This document shows, piece after piece, positions 41,201 to 54,200 of a stretch of 64,000 bases of DNA. Where the stretch lies: assembly GCA_965285935.1 (NCBI GenBank), contig OZ260665.1:61628001-61692000 (forward strand), read 5' to 3'. Position numbers and translations under genes: made by a program. Source of the stretch: Ophelia neglecta. Lineage: Eukaryota. The notes beneath the pieces were generated by a model that searched no databases, was not told the DNA's origin, and saw only the letters and a list, made by a program, of their open reading frames with translations. How positions within the stretch are numbered: position 1 is the first letter of the stretch; every line of letters begins with the position of its first letter.

Positions 41201-44200
41201 ATAGTTTTGTATTATTAGATAATCGAAATATATCTGGTTGATCATGTTTATGAACATATGAATCTAGGTACACGTTACAATAACAAGATGAAATTATTAA
41301 ATTGATGGTGAATTTAACTTTAAATAGGTTAGTGAAATATGATCATGAAATTGTTTCTTTTCCCGGAAAAATCAAGAAGACTTCGCTCTTAAACATGGGC
41401 TATAGCTAGTATGATTGGGTAAACCCCAGTACCTTGGTAACATTTATATGTTTAATAGAATAACTGATCCAATGACAATCCCGTAAAAACATTATGTTGG
41501 ACCTTATGAAAATGGCTTCAATATATGAATTATTTTGTATAGGCCTATATGAAAATGGCATAATAGTAAAATATTTGATGAATTAAGCATGTTTATAGTG
41601 TGCTATGATTGTTGTGTTTACGTGAGTATAGTCACAATATATATATGGGCCTATCGAGGCCATACTTTTTGACCAAATCATGCTCATCCAACTTTTAGTT
41701 TATCTATCGAAATCATCGTTGTAGTCAAGATCTTTATCCAAGTTGATGGAAGTTCTTTCCTGAAAAATGTGTATTACAGCATTACATGACGATGCTTGCC
41801 TCTATCCTGTCGACATCTCTGATTGTGGGCAATGCCGTCTGCATGGGGCAGGACTATGTGGCTAAAAGCGAACTCCTCGGAACTCTTTTCTTCGTTTCTG
41901 GGATTGTTACTATCCTCCAATCCACTGTAGGAAGCAGGTATAAGTTTGATCTATGTTGAGTAAAGAATAATAACGAAAAAAACAATATTAGTTACTTGTA
42001 ACGTGCATTTGAAATGGTTTTACTTTCATTGTTTCATTGGTTAAAGAATATACGCTGCTTTGAAAAAACACAATATGTTTATTGGACACACATAGGTTAC
42101 CGATTATCCAAGGTGGTTCATTTGCCTTTTTGGTGCCGAGTCTTGCTATTATGAAGCTGAAGAAATGGGAATGCCCCAATATTGATCCTATCGGCGATGG
42201 AAACGGTAAATATTTAATACTTAAAGTACTCTTAATAAATGATTTTTCTGTACGTTTTATAATGGTTGGTCATCTAGCCCCTAATTTTGAGATCCAACAG
42301 GGCTATGAAATAAGTCACTCTGTATATAATATAGAACCAATCGGTTGGTTGCAGGTGGTTTGTTTACTCGCTAAATGTGGTTTATATACTGCATAAATGT
42401 GGTTTATATACTGCATAAATTTGGTTAGAAAAACAATGAACATGACATTTTAAACGCTCTCGTGGTAGTCAGAGAGCATTGCCAAAAGCTGCATATTCAG
42501 CGCAGCATACTAAATAGGTTCTAAAGTTTATATTACCAGTACAATTTAGCAATAAAAATGGGCGTTGTTTGGTGAAATATATATAATACCGGTCATACCC
42601 TCACGTCCTCGTCAACAGTGTGTCTAGGATGCCAGTTACACATGTGCATTTCTCCATACACCCCAAGGAATTTCGTGCAACACCGATGGCCCCACACAGC
42701 ATTCTACACGTCGCCGCAGCAGCTAGATTACAAACCGTGTATTTAATCCAGGAAAATTTTGGGGTACATAATAGATTGTCGTCTCTGAGGAAGCTTGATG
42801 GTGGATATCTGTTATATAGGGTCCAACGTAACCCTATAGAGCACTGTTTAGACTGAAAAAAAGGGGCATGGTCCTGACTCCTGACACCCTCTTTATCCCC
42901 CCCCCCATAAATCTGCGGGGTAGTTTGAACTTGAATCTGCTTTCGTACATTTCAGGTACACATCTATTGAGCTTAAATATGACGAATTCAGAAAATGTTA
43001 CCCTCACCCACACGGAAATATGGCAATTACGAATCAGGGAGGTCTGTAACGTTGCTTATTAATATTACGTAGTTGGGGTAGTGACCGGGTTAAGGAGCGT
43101 TAAAATATAGAACATTTTAATGCTAGATGACTGTATGTTTCTTGGTATTGCTTAAGAAATTATTGTCATAAATTAGAACGTCTGATGCTCACTTCACATC
43201 TTTAAAAAAAAAATAACCTATGAATGCATCTGAGCACAAACCCTGCTGAAATAATAACACACCTCGACTGTAGTCCTTTGTTCTCGATGTGTACCAACCC
43301 AATTGAGTTTGTTCAAACAAGTAGTTGAACGTAATCATTGTAGATACAGGGGGCGATAATTATCGCCTCACTAGCCCAGATTTTGATCGGATTGAGCGGT
43401 GTGGTTGGGCTGGTGATGAGATTTGTTGGGCCACTCTCTATAGGACCTACAATAACACTTGTTGGATTGTCATTGTTTTCTGTTGGAGGATCATACAGTT
43501 CTGGACAATGGGGAATTGCGGTTTTGTAAGTTTAATCAACTATAATAAATAATATGTTAAACAATTTACAAGAAATTGAAAAAAAAAAGATAATTGTTAT
43601 AATAGTAATATGCATTGTGAATGTGTTATAAGCAAAAAATATCTATTCAATTCCTTAGGGTACATTCAGGTTCATAGGCTGCTATAGAGATGCAGAAACA
43701 GGGAATCGCAAATCAGTACTTGCTTAGAACGCCGGAACATAATTATAGCACGCAGAGCCAAAATCATGTTTTGGGCGACTTATTTAAAATGAATCGTTCA
43801 CAAAGCTAACAAATAAACTATAATTACTAAAACTATAACTGAATTAACGTATGGCCATCTCTTTTCATCTTCAGGACAATAGCAATGATAACCCTCTTTT
43901 CACAATATTTGCGGAATTGCCACATCCCTTGTTGTAAAATCTCATGCAAAAAGGGCAACAGAGGGATTCATAAAACCAAATCCCCATTTTTCCAGTTGTT
44001 TCCGGTAAGTCTATATCCACTTTGATCTCGTCACAGCCGTATCTTATGATATGATATTTTAGACAGTTCGAGGCATTATATTTCTTGTATCGAAAGCGCC
44101 AACTTTTCTTTATTTGATTATTATTTATAGGCGTGCTTGCTACATCAAACCTGTCATTTTTGTTCTATATTCATAAATTGGATTCCTGAATAGGAAATGC

Positions 44201-47200
44201 TGTCTTCCTGCACACACATGGATACTATAGATTATAACTATATAACCATTCGCAGTCATACCTGCCAAAATATTTATAAGTCTGCCAGCCCAAACAAAGC
44301 TTGAATCAAAACATGTTAGTTTTACTAATCATTTCCTTATAAGGTTATCCTAGCCGTCTGCGTTTCCTGGCTTCTGTGTTTTGTGCTGACCATAACAAAC
44401 GTATGGCCGTCTGACCCGGAGGTCACGGGGTACAAAGCCAGAACCGACGTTAAGTTAGGAGCACTTTTAAACGCCAAATGGTTTAGATTCCCTTACCCAC
44501 GTAAGCCTATACTTATATCATAAAACCATATAACCCGATATATATATATTATGCCTGATAGGCATGTAGAATGTAGTTCTTAAGAGTTATGTAAATCTTA
44601 AGTGTAAAAAGGCACTAGGGAGCTACCATATGGGATTCCGGAATCTAGCCGAAGGGGGGAGGGACTATCTGGTTTGCATATCAAGAGGTATCGCGTCCTT
44701 AATTCCCTGAAAAAGTTCATGTTTAAACGTGTAATGAAACCCATAAATGCAAACACAACTGGGCTTAAATACAGGGTTCCTGCATTATCGTGACAGTTGT
44801 CAACTTACCTTCATCTGCACTCAGTGGACCAATTCACCATAAATCAAGGTTGAGTTTAAACTATTGTTTGGAACGTCGCCGATGGAATTTACCATGCGTG
44901 GCACTTTATTTCTACTCTATGATTAATTTAATTCGGACTCACTTGGTGATCTCCAGAGACACTTTCTACCTTCTCTACGATAAATTAAACTCGGATTCAC
45001 TAGGTCGATTTTCAAAACGAAATGGCTGCGATAGGTCGAGAGTTCACGGGAGTCATCGAATCAAGAAATTGAAATGCAAAAAAAATATTGAACCCATAAT
45101 ATGTAGTCATATACAAGAAACTAGATGATGATTTTATATTTGACCTTGACCTCTTTTCGCGGGACAAATTGAGAAAACCGATTTTCTAAAAAAAGGAATT
45201 CATTATTTTCTCAGATATTCAACGTCTGACCAATTTCCCCTTCATTTCTTCTTTGTTTATTTTCTTCGGAGTTTACAGAGACCCCAATTTTGTTCAAGAA
45301 TGTTTTTAATCCCCCCCCCCCCCCTCTCGATCAAAAATGTTCACTACCTTGCTCATAGTATATTTGCTTTCCGAAACATAACAAAAACTCTAGGTTCGAT
45401 TCAACAAATTATATCATTACCTGTTGGCCGCTCTTTGCTTGTCGATAAGGGCCTTTTATTTATAATGATTTTTGATAAAGAAAAGACCAACTTCTCAATC
45501 TAACCTAGTGCTCTGACGGCAAGCATGCGTTTAGGCCCGTACCTACATTACCTGACTTTGAAAGAATGTTCTAGACCCAGTGACGAGTATGTAAATATCT
45601 GCAATACCTGATTATTTTCAATTTAATTTTGTTTATACATATGAGCAGTACAGTGGGGCTTGCCGACGTTCAGTGTTGGGGCTGTGTTGGGAATGCTCGG
45701 AGGAGTTTTGGCCGGGATCGTGGAATCTATCGGGGATTACTACGCCTGCGCCCGTGTGGCCGGCGCTTCACCGCCTGTTAATCACGCCATCAATAGAGGT
45801 AACGAGCATTTCTGTTGATATTCATGGCGGGAGATATGCCTACGCATTTAATTCGTGTCATTCTCTTTTTTTATACCCATGTAGTCAAGTAGGCTTAATT
45901 TTAAATTTGTATGACAACTGTGTGGTTAAATTTGGTTTTAAAGTTCATAGTTCCTATGCAAACATTCCCTCTTCCGCAAAATGAATGAGGTCATTTCTGG
46001 GCCAATTAAATGGTTATTAAGGCCTTCACATCCGGAGGCAGCAACATGTTTGTCAACAAATTATAGACGCTTGAATGGCGTTAAACACATTCAAAAGCAC
46101 ATTATTTAGTAAATACATATATAACGAAATACCTTGCATGAATAAATGCATCCAGGTCTATACTAATGTCAATATATTTAAGGGTACATCCCGGCGTTTT
46201 TTTGTATCTCCTACCAAGGTATCTTCGTCGAAGGCATTGGGTGCATATTAGCTGGGCTTTGGGGGACCGGAAACGGTTCCACGTCATACACACAGAATAC
46301 CGGTACCATCGGCATCACAAAAGTAAGACGCATATTTCACATTTATGTCGATGTTTTTTTAGGTGTGTCTAAATATACTGAATAAAGTAAGTTAGTCAAA
46401 CTCATATTACTGCATTCAATTAGAAGATTTTACATTTAGATTATTTTCTGAAACAACAAGCATAATTGCTTTGTCATTAAAACCACAGACATTCTTTTGT
46501 AAACTTTGGACCGGCGTTTTGAAAGCATATTCATTGAATTCATGCAGTTGGTAAGGAATATCTTAACATCAGTGCCCTATATTCTCAGGTAGGAAGCAGA
46601 CGGGTAATTCAATATGCTGGAGGGATTTTACTAGTGTTTGGTGTACTCGGCAAAGTTGGAGCCTTCTTCGTTATTATACCTGACCCTGTCATAGGAGGGC
46701 TTTTTATAGGGCTGTTTGGTAAGGAGTCTTGAATTCTCCGCCTGGTTCGTCCATAGAAATAGTATTTGGTCCAGTTTAAATCATTATACAAATATGGGCT
46801 CAGAATGGCAGCAATAACACGGAAATTTTCATGGAAAGCCTTATTTAAACTTTTTAAATGCTTTAAATCTATATATCATTATTAGGTATGGTGACTGCAG
46901 TGGGAATATCCAATTTACAGTTTGTTGATATGAATTCAACAAGAAATCTGTTTATATTTGGGACCGCCTTGATACTGGGAATGGCGATTCCGGAATGGAT
47001 TAAATCCAATAACGATGCTATCAATTCAGGCTCGTTAAAACTTTCATACTTTAATGCGACCAAGACTCCGAAATCTAACATTTTGACCTTGTCAATCTTG
47101 TGACTTAAACAAACTGCGTTCGAGAAAACCCATACCATTTATAAGCGTATTCTTTTATATTTACCTCACCTCGTACCTTGTATGTTCGTTGCATTCGTAA

Positions 47201-47713
47201 ATAGTTTTATTTTTAATATCAACAGGTAATGAAACATTTGACCAGATAGTGATAATATTGTTAAATTCTCATATGTTAATCGGAGGGGTGGTCGGCTTTG
47301 TGCTGGACAACACAATCCCTGGTTAGACATTCTTACCTATCTAAATAGGTCTATACGTTTCTGTACATAACGTTTTATGTTGATTGTTTTACTCATTCGA
47401 TTTTAAGCCACTTTCAAAGACGTTTTAGTTGTTAGTTGGTACTGATAATCACTCTTTAGATCAAAAATCACACCCCTTATTGATTGGTCTGATACACCAC
47501 TTAGGTTCGGACACGGAAAGAGGCCTTACCAAGTGGAGAGGTCTAGCAGGTACCCTAGAACATCAGGAAAAAACCCATGATGATTCGACCTATGAATTTC
47601 CATGCGGGATGAAATATATTAGGAGATGTTCATGTTTTCGATTTGTGCCTCTATGCCCAACATTTCTTAGTAAACACGGGCGAGAAGGTAATGTAGTAAG
47701 CACTCGATTTTAG
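38266..47713 (+). CDS. SLC23: SLC23/NAT (NCS2) nucleobase-ascorbate transporter family member, 599 aa. Exons: 38266-38298 (tentative), 38636-38746, 41780-41937, 42096-42205, 42956-43041, 43344-43525, 43875-44004, 44344-44500, 45649-45798, 46219-46322, 46589-46718, 46886-47029, 47226-47321, 47505-47713
   Basis: 1800 nt in frame. Motifs: [13 protein letters not shown] (QH motif), [38 protein letters not shown] signature [27 protein letters not shown] and LDNTIPG. One intron requires a GC donor. Confidence 0.95.
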
Positions 47714-48324
47714 GATTTCTGGATGGTGTTCAACAGTTTTGTTATTTTGGTAGTTATATTTAAGCTCTTGACATTTTCCCTTTTATATGTGGAACTAATA
47801 AACACACCTAACATTTCCATAAATGATTTGAATTTAATTGCTACTCAATTTTTTTTTATAAACAAATGTATTCAATTAAATTCCATTTTCTTTAACCCGG
47901 CATGAGTATACAGGTGTGTATATGATTATGATTATAATTTGTAAATTAACAAACTTCAATATTATTATATACTATCAGCTGAGGTTAATGCAGACAAGTG
48001 GATTAATTTGCATATTGTTGTTGCTCAGCATCACTTCGATTTTTGAATGACTGTGAAATTTTGCTATATAAGGCAAATGAAAAGGACAATTATTATTATG
48101 TGACTGTTGTGTGTTTTAAATGACAATGGGGTTTAATGTATATGTACTTATTCGTGCAAAAAAATGTCATTTTTATGCAACCCAATGGATAACCTCTATC
48201 ATGTTGCTATATGTGTATTAATTTACCATGTTTGTATTAAAATCTGAACAGAGTATTCAGAATAAACATGTGATCATGAAATATATGAAAATAATTAAAC
48301 AAAATAAACCCGTTGTTTGAAACA

Positions 48325-49534
48325 TAGACCGACCATAATAAACACCCTGTACGAAAGAGGACGTGTCTTTAACAGGCCAGTAAAAACCGGTCAGGACCGC
48401 AGTATGCATGATGTCAACCGGGGTGGCAGGGACCCCAGGGCCGCACTGCTACCAGAAAAAAGTCATCAAGCACGCTTTTTAGACCGCCCACCTCGCACTA
48501 TTTTTCTTATGCTAGCAGTATCACATACCATGCGCCAGCTGGTGGGCGAATCATGTACCAATTGTGTAATCAGTATTTGGTCACGCTATCTGGCGAATCG
48601 ATATGAAGCATCAATTGCGTTCTGCCGCTGGCGCTACTTGCAAATTTATTTGCCGTCATTCTCCGATACGCGTCGCATAGTATTTGCGGTGGCGCACAGT
48701 GTACAGTAAAGGCGGCATTTATAAGGCATTTTCGTTTTTATTATCCAGGGTGGGCGGAAGGGGGTGGGGGATGCTGACAGAGCAAATTTACAAAGGAAAT
48801 GTTGGCCGAAAACCTACAACAATGACTGCTGATGGTTGGAGGAGGGCGAGGGATGATAGGGTGGTTAGATGGGATGGGAATGGGAGGGGATATAGTGATT
48901 TTTGGCAATTAGCTGTTGCATGTAAAAGCATTCTGGTAGGTGACCAAGGGGGGTTGAAAGTGAGCAAAATGGTCCAATCATGTTTAGCGAATGGACTATT
49001 TTCTAACATGTTCTCAAAACATTTATGAGGAAGGCTTTCAGTTTATATTTACATGGTTATCCAACCAGTTTTGACATATTACAAATGTGGTTTGGACACA
49101 AGGTTAACAGATCCCATATAACAATTACTTTGGGTGATATAATTTTGTGTGATATCAATTGGTCATAAACTAACTTAGCTGATATTTTTATTTATTAACC
49201 CTGCATGTTTAAAAAAAATTGGAAAATTTAACCTAAAAATATATATATACTATATATATTTAGATATTAGACCTAATAAAGCATAATTCCAAAAATGTGC
49301 TTTTCAACTGTTGATTAAATCTGTAGGGTAATAAGCTTTTAACCTAAACCCCCGCTTACCCAAGGAAGGAACTTGTTTGTTTCTTGTAAACATTGAGCAT
49401 TGGGAAATGCCCCAGATTTTAAAGCACTGTGGGATTCCCTAAAATGTGAGTAATTTGGGTGTGATATTCATATTAGTGGTCTCAATTGACAGGTGGTTTG
49501 AATGTACAGATGGTCTTTTAGGCAGGTTTCACTG
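48325..49534. mobile_element. Non-autonomous pogo/Tigger-like (Tc1/mariner) element with a degraded left end
   Basis: Right end GACAGGTGG...GGTCTTTTAGGCAGGTTTCACTG|TA is a typical TA-flanked CAGTGAAACCT terminus. The left end at about 48325-48395 is only weakly complementary. Confidence 0.4.
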
Positions 49535-51210
49535 TATAGGCATGTGTAAAAATGCACATCACCCCTTTCCTGTATTAAAATGGATAGAAACAGTCATGTC
49601 ACTGTTGAAGCTTCCAACTTAACTGAAGAATTTGTCAAGCAAGGCTTTTACTATAATAGGCTTCCGAAATGAGATACAAACTTCAGAAAAAAAAAGAAGA
49701 AAATAAAATAAAAGTTGCCATCCTGACTTTAGTGATATGAACTTGACACCGCACAGTGAGGCTGCATTTGAGAATCAAATAAAGGCAGGGTAAGTGTTAT
49801 TTCTGAGAGGCCCTCGAAGTGTAGAAACCAGCTGCAAAAATAAATAATAACCTTCTGAGCTTTAAAACCTTACATACAGCAGTGAGCTACATAGAATTTA
49901 TATTATTCCCAGGATACAGCTAGCTCAAATAAAAAAGTTAAATTAATTAAAGCATTAACTGCATGCTGGCAGTAAAATCCCTTAATCATGATTTAATAAT
50001 TCGGGCTTCATCATTATTTTCTGCTGAAATAACCCCTATCTGGTTAAAAACTTGTAACCACATATTATAATTGTGTTGCTTTTGAATGAATATTTAGCGT
50101 GACGTCAAGGGAATAGGCCAAAGTTTTTTCTTCAAATTATGTATATAATATATTACTTATATGCTATTTAATGTTTTAAAGTAGAAGTCAGGTTTTCAAA
50201 AGATACCCCAATATTGCCTTTCACCAGCATAAAAGAGTAGGCCGAATAAAATAAATATGCTGAAGATTCTTAAATTATTAGGAAAAAAGTTATGTTTTGA
50301 TTACACTTAGTCCTGTGGAAATTGCATAGAAAGAGAATTGCTTTTCGGAAAAAAATTGGTCTTTTACTAGTCACAAGTCTTCAACAATCTATGGTTTCAT
50401 TTGCACATATACGTTCGAATGATGCCCAGTTTACAATTTATTGCACAATAAAGCAATAAGATTGATCAATGAAAATAAACATGCAATTGGCTGGTTAGTA
50501 GCAGTAATTGACGTGGCAAATCTATACCGTGCATGTTCCATGTCAGCCCTTCAAGACAAGTCATGCCAAGGTCCCCAAGGCAGTCATTCGAGGGGGGGGT
50601 CGCATATGAAATAGTTATTTAACACTCTTAAAAAGAACTGATGGTCATGTAGCTCTGGGTGGCAAATCTTACCATGGCTTGTGCATAGTATTATGTTCCC
50701 ACGTAATGGTCGGATTAAGAGCAACGTCAGATGTCAAATTGGTTCACGTTTCACTATTCATTTTTCTTCGAATTAGGAAACAGGTGATAAGTTAGTTCAC
50801 GTTCCACTATTCGGACTTTTTTATTGCCTTTCAAATGACACACATCGATGTGAAATGACTTCTAGAGCATATTTCATATCAATTTTCACCAAGTTAAGAC
50901 TATTTTCATACCCAAACTGAACAGTAAAACTGGAAACGGGAGCCAACTTGGCGTTGCTCGGATTAAGTCTGTATACTGCGAGAAAAAAAATACCTTTGTG
51001 CTCGGGCCACCGCGACCGCCTCCCTCCGCCCCCTGCATGGCTACGGGCCCGGTGTTGTTAAATATTGATCGATCAAGTAATCCTATACTGGTGAAGATAG
51101 CGGAACGTTTCGAATCATTCCTCTACTTGTTTTAAGGCTCATAGACGGTCGTCAGCACCAATAAATTGACTCGCTATTTAACACTGTTTTCTTCACACAT
51201 CAAGGCAAAA

Positions 51211-54200
51211 ATGGACTCATTTATAGCAACCTGGAGACGGATTTCTTCCGAAAATGAAGACGAATTCCACAAAGCTCTTGGTGAGATATTGTCATTCATA
51301 TATTTTGAAAAAGGTTACATGTTTTCCGCGTAAACGCAACTTGTTTTGATACGAGTCATTACCTATGTAGGCTTAGGCTTTAGATATAAACAAATAAAAC
51401 GTTTGAGTGGTTGCATTAGTCTAATCATATCAGTAGGAATTAACCAGCTCACGACAGTGAGTATATAATGTTGTACAAAAATGAGATAAACATGAACACA
51501 AAAGCAACATTCATATATTTTATAGAGAAGGTAGAATCCGGGTTAGAACAGCCACAAGCAGTGCATGCCTGGATTTGAATTGAGAAGGCATTGTTGACTT
51601 GCTGCTTTATTGCCGTCTCTCCCGGGTGGTAGCATGTTGAATCCGAATTTGTGTCTGTCCTGCCACATTTGCAACCTTCAAAATAACAGATCTCAATTTT
51701 AAGAATTTGATTCCAGATAAATTCCCCAAACAATCCATTATTTATCACACTAGCTGTTAAATTTATGGACATGTTGCAATTTGGTAATTTCACCGTGGCA
51801 AAGTATCCTAAGGTCAAAGTCATTGCGTTCTAGAATCTTTTTCTCAAGAAACCACTGAGACCCACTTTCACTTACTAACAAAACCAAAATATATAAAAAA
51901 AGATAGAAGTATTCAAATTTCAAAAAAATGTAAAAACACAGCAGCAACCACAGTCCTCATGTGCCAAAAGTAGAACTTTACCTTAATCTCGTTAACATAA
52001 TTTTTACCTTTTAGTATCAACATTTTTTTCTATAGGGCTACATGCATTTGTATATTTCCTGGGCGTAATCTGTCGAAAAAGCTTTTAATCGGAGGTAACA
52101 CTGAAGTCACTGATCACGGCTGACTGTACAATTTACCGTCTAAATGGCGTGCTGGGATAAATTCAAAGCACCATTGCATGCAAGAAGTTTAAGGCGGGCA
52201 AAGAAAGTCGATAATGCTGACTATTGAAAAAAAGAGAAATTGGCCTTAACCGTTGTAGCATAGAAAGGTGTAAATAACCGATCTAATCCTTCATATTCGT
52301 TCAAAGAGGTAAATCAACGGATATGACCCTCTTAGCTGATCAGGTCTGTACTGTACTGTCTGTCTGGTGTGATGAAATGAATTCAATAGTACTATTGGAA
52401 ACGTTGTGGATTCTTTGTTGTCGCCTCCAACGAAATGAAAAAGGTCAGTGTCACAAGAGACTGGCAAACAAACGGCACTACGTCTAGCAAATTCATAGGC
52501 AATTATAATAAATTTCGGAATTTCATACATCATTTGTATGATTTTTATATTTATAAACCATTTTTGAACATTTCCTTAAAATCGACAATAAAAACTTGGT
52601 CGCAAAGCCACCATGGAAGCTATTATGGTTTACCTTTCAGAAATATATTATATTCAAAAAAACATACGGATGTGAAATATCAAAACAAACAATTAAGTGG
52701 CCAAGAAGCTGAGTCATTGGATGGAATAGCTTTCAATAATGGCGGTCAATTTCCTTTAAACTTTTGAAGGTCCAGGACATGAAAAACAGTAGGAAATACG
52801 CATATACATACATAGATACATACATGCATGCACCAAAATTGGATTTTGCATATACATGTACATGTACTTATAATATACTAAATCAACCTTCAACCCATCA
52901 ACCTACTTTTACTCAAAAATGCCTGAGGCTTCTTATTAAGCCACATTCATTGGATATCCTAGGAATCTAGTATATTAACACAATGTAAATTTTTTGTGAA
53001 AACTGCAGAATCCGTTAAAAATATATCCGCATTAGCATATCTGTTGCTACCAAAGACATTCATAACTCTTGTTGTTTTCATGCCTCTGCGACTCGTATGC
53101 TTAAGTTGGCTTTACAAGATTCGGCAAAATATGCGAATTCTTGACTGATTCTATCTAAGGATAACCCAGGCTTGTTTACAATATTTTCATTACTCCATAA
53201 CAATAGTTAACTTAACTAATGCGTGCTTGGAAACGAACTTTGCCGGGATAAGGATTTAGAATACAGATTTAAAAATTAAAACGCATAAATTAGCGATATA
53301 TATATTTTATGTTTTCCTAGCTTGTAATATATCATGTTTCTTGCAGAATCTGATTTTTTTTATAATATTTTATTTTCATGAATATCAATATCTTTATTTT
53401 CATGTTTTGCCATTGGTATATACATGTATCTACCATATTAAGATATTTTCCTATAGATGCAATTCTCACTCTCAACGTATTCTACTTATACACAAAGGCA
53501 TTCCGCAAGCAGCACTTGATGTGTTTCTGAAGTCCGCGGATATGATGAGATTCTCGATCTCTCAAGATGGGGACACCTTCACCAATACGGTAGACTGTCC
53601 TGGCATGCCTACCCACACGGAGAAGTATAAGCTGGGTGTACCTCTAAAAGCCAAGGACATGCTAGGATCTGACAGCGATGTACGTTAAATAGGCCTACAA
53701 ATTGATATACACATTTGTCTCAGCGCGTGTTCTTTATACTAAATAATCTTAGCTACCCCACACTGCAATCCCACAGCCCACAAATTATCGAAATCCCATA
53801 GGCCAAATTGCTTATCCTAAGAACTGATTTCAAAAAAACCTCGTACTTGGTTTTCACGAAACAAAATTTCCGCCACACTTTTAAACGTAAGACGTTTTTA
53901 AAAAATTTCAAATGGTATATTAAAGACCCTCATCTTTAATACTATGCTATACGGTAGGGTCGAAAGACCCCCCAATGTGAGTTTCCGACTGCGCAAAATC
54001 TCGATTCACAAAAATAGACACACAGTTGTACATTCATTATCAGATTCGTATTTCTTACAATCAAAATCATATTAAAGCCTGTGTAAGTGTCACAATTGTC
54101 ACTCCAGGTATTACGTTACGGGACGTCCTGGGCGTTACGTTCCCAGCTTTACACCGCAAATCCATTTCACAGGATTTTATAAAATGAGCGATCAAGGGTT

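Noticed and set aside
48317-49028. ORFs of 130 and 114 aa
   Set aside because: They have non-ATG starts and no transposase motifs, and lie within a probable non-autonomous element.
51310-51360. SECIS-like ATGA...AA...GA on the minus strand
   Set aside because: Helix II pairs over only about 4 bp when folded by hand, which is not convincing.
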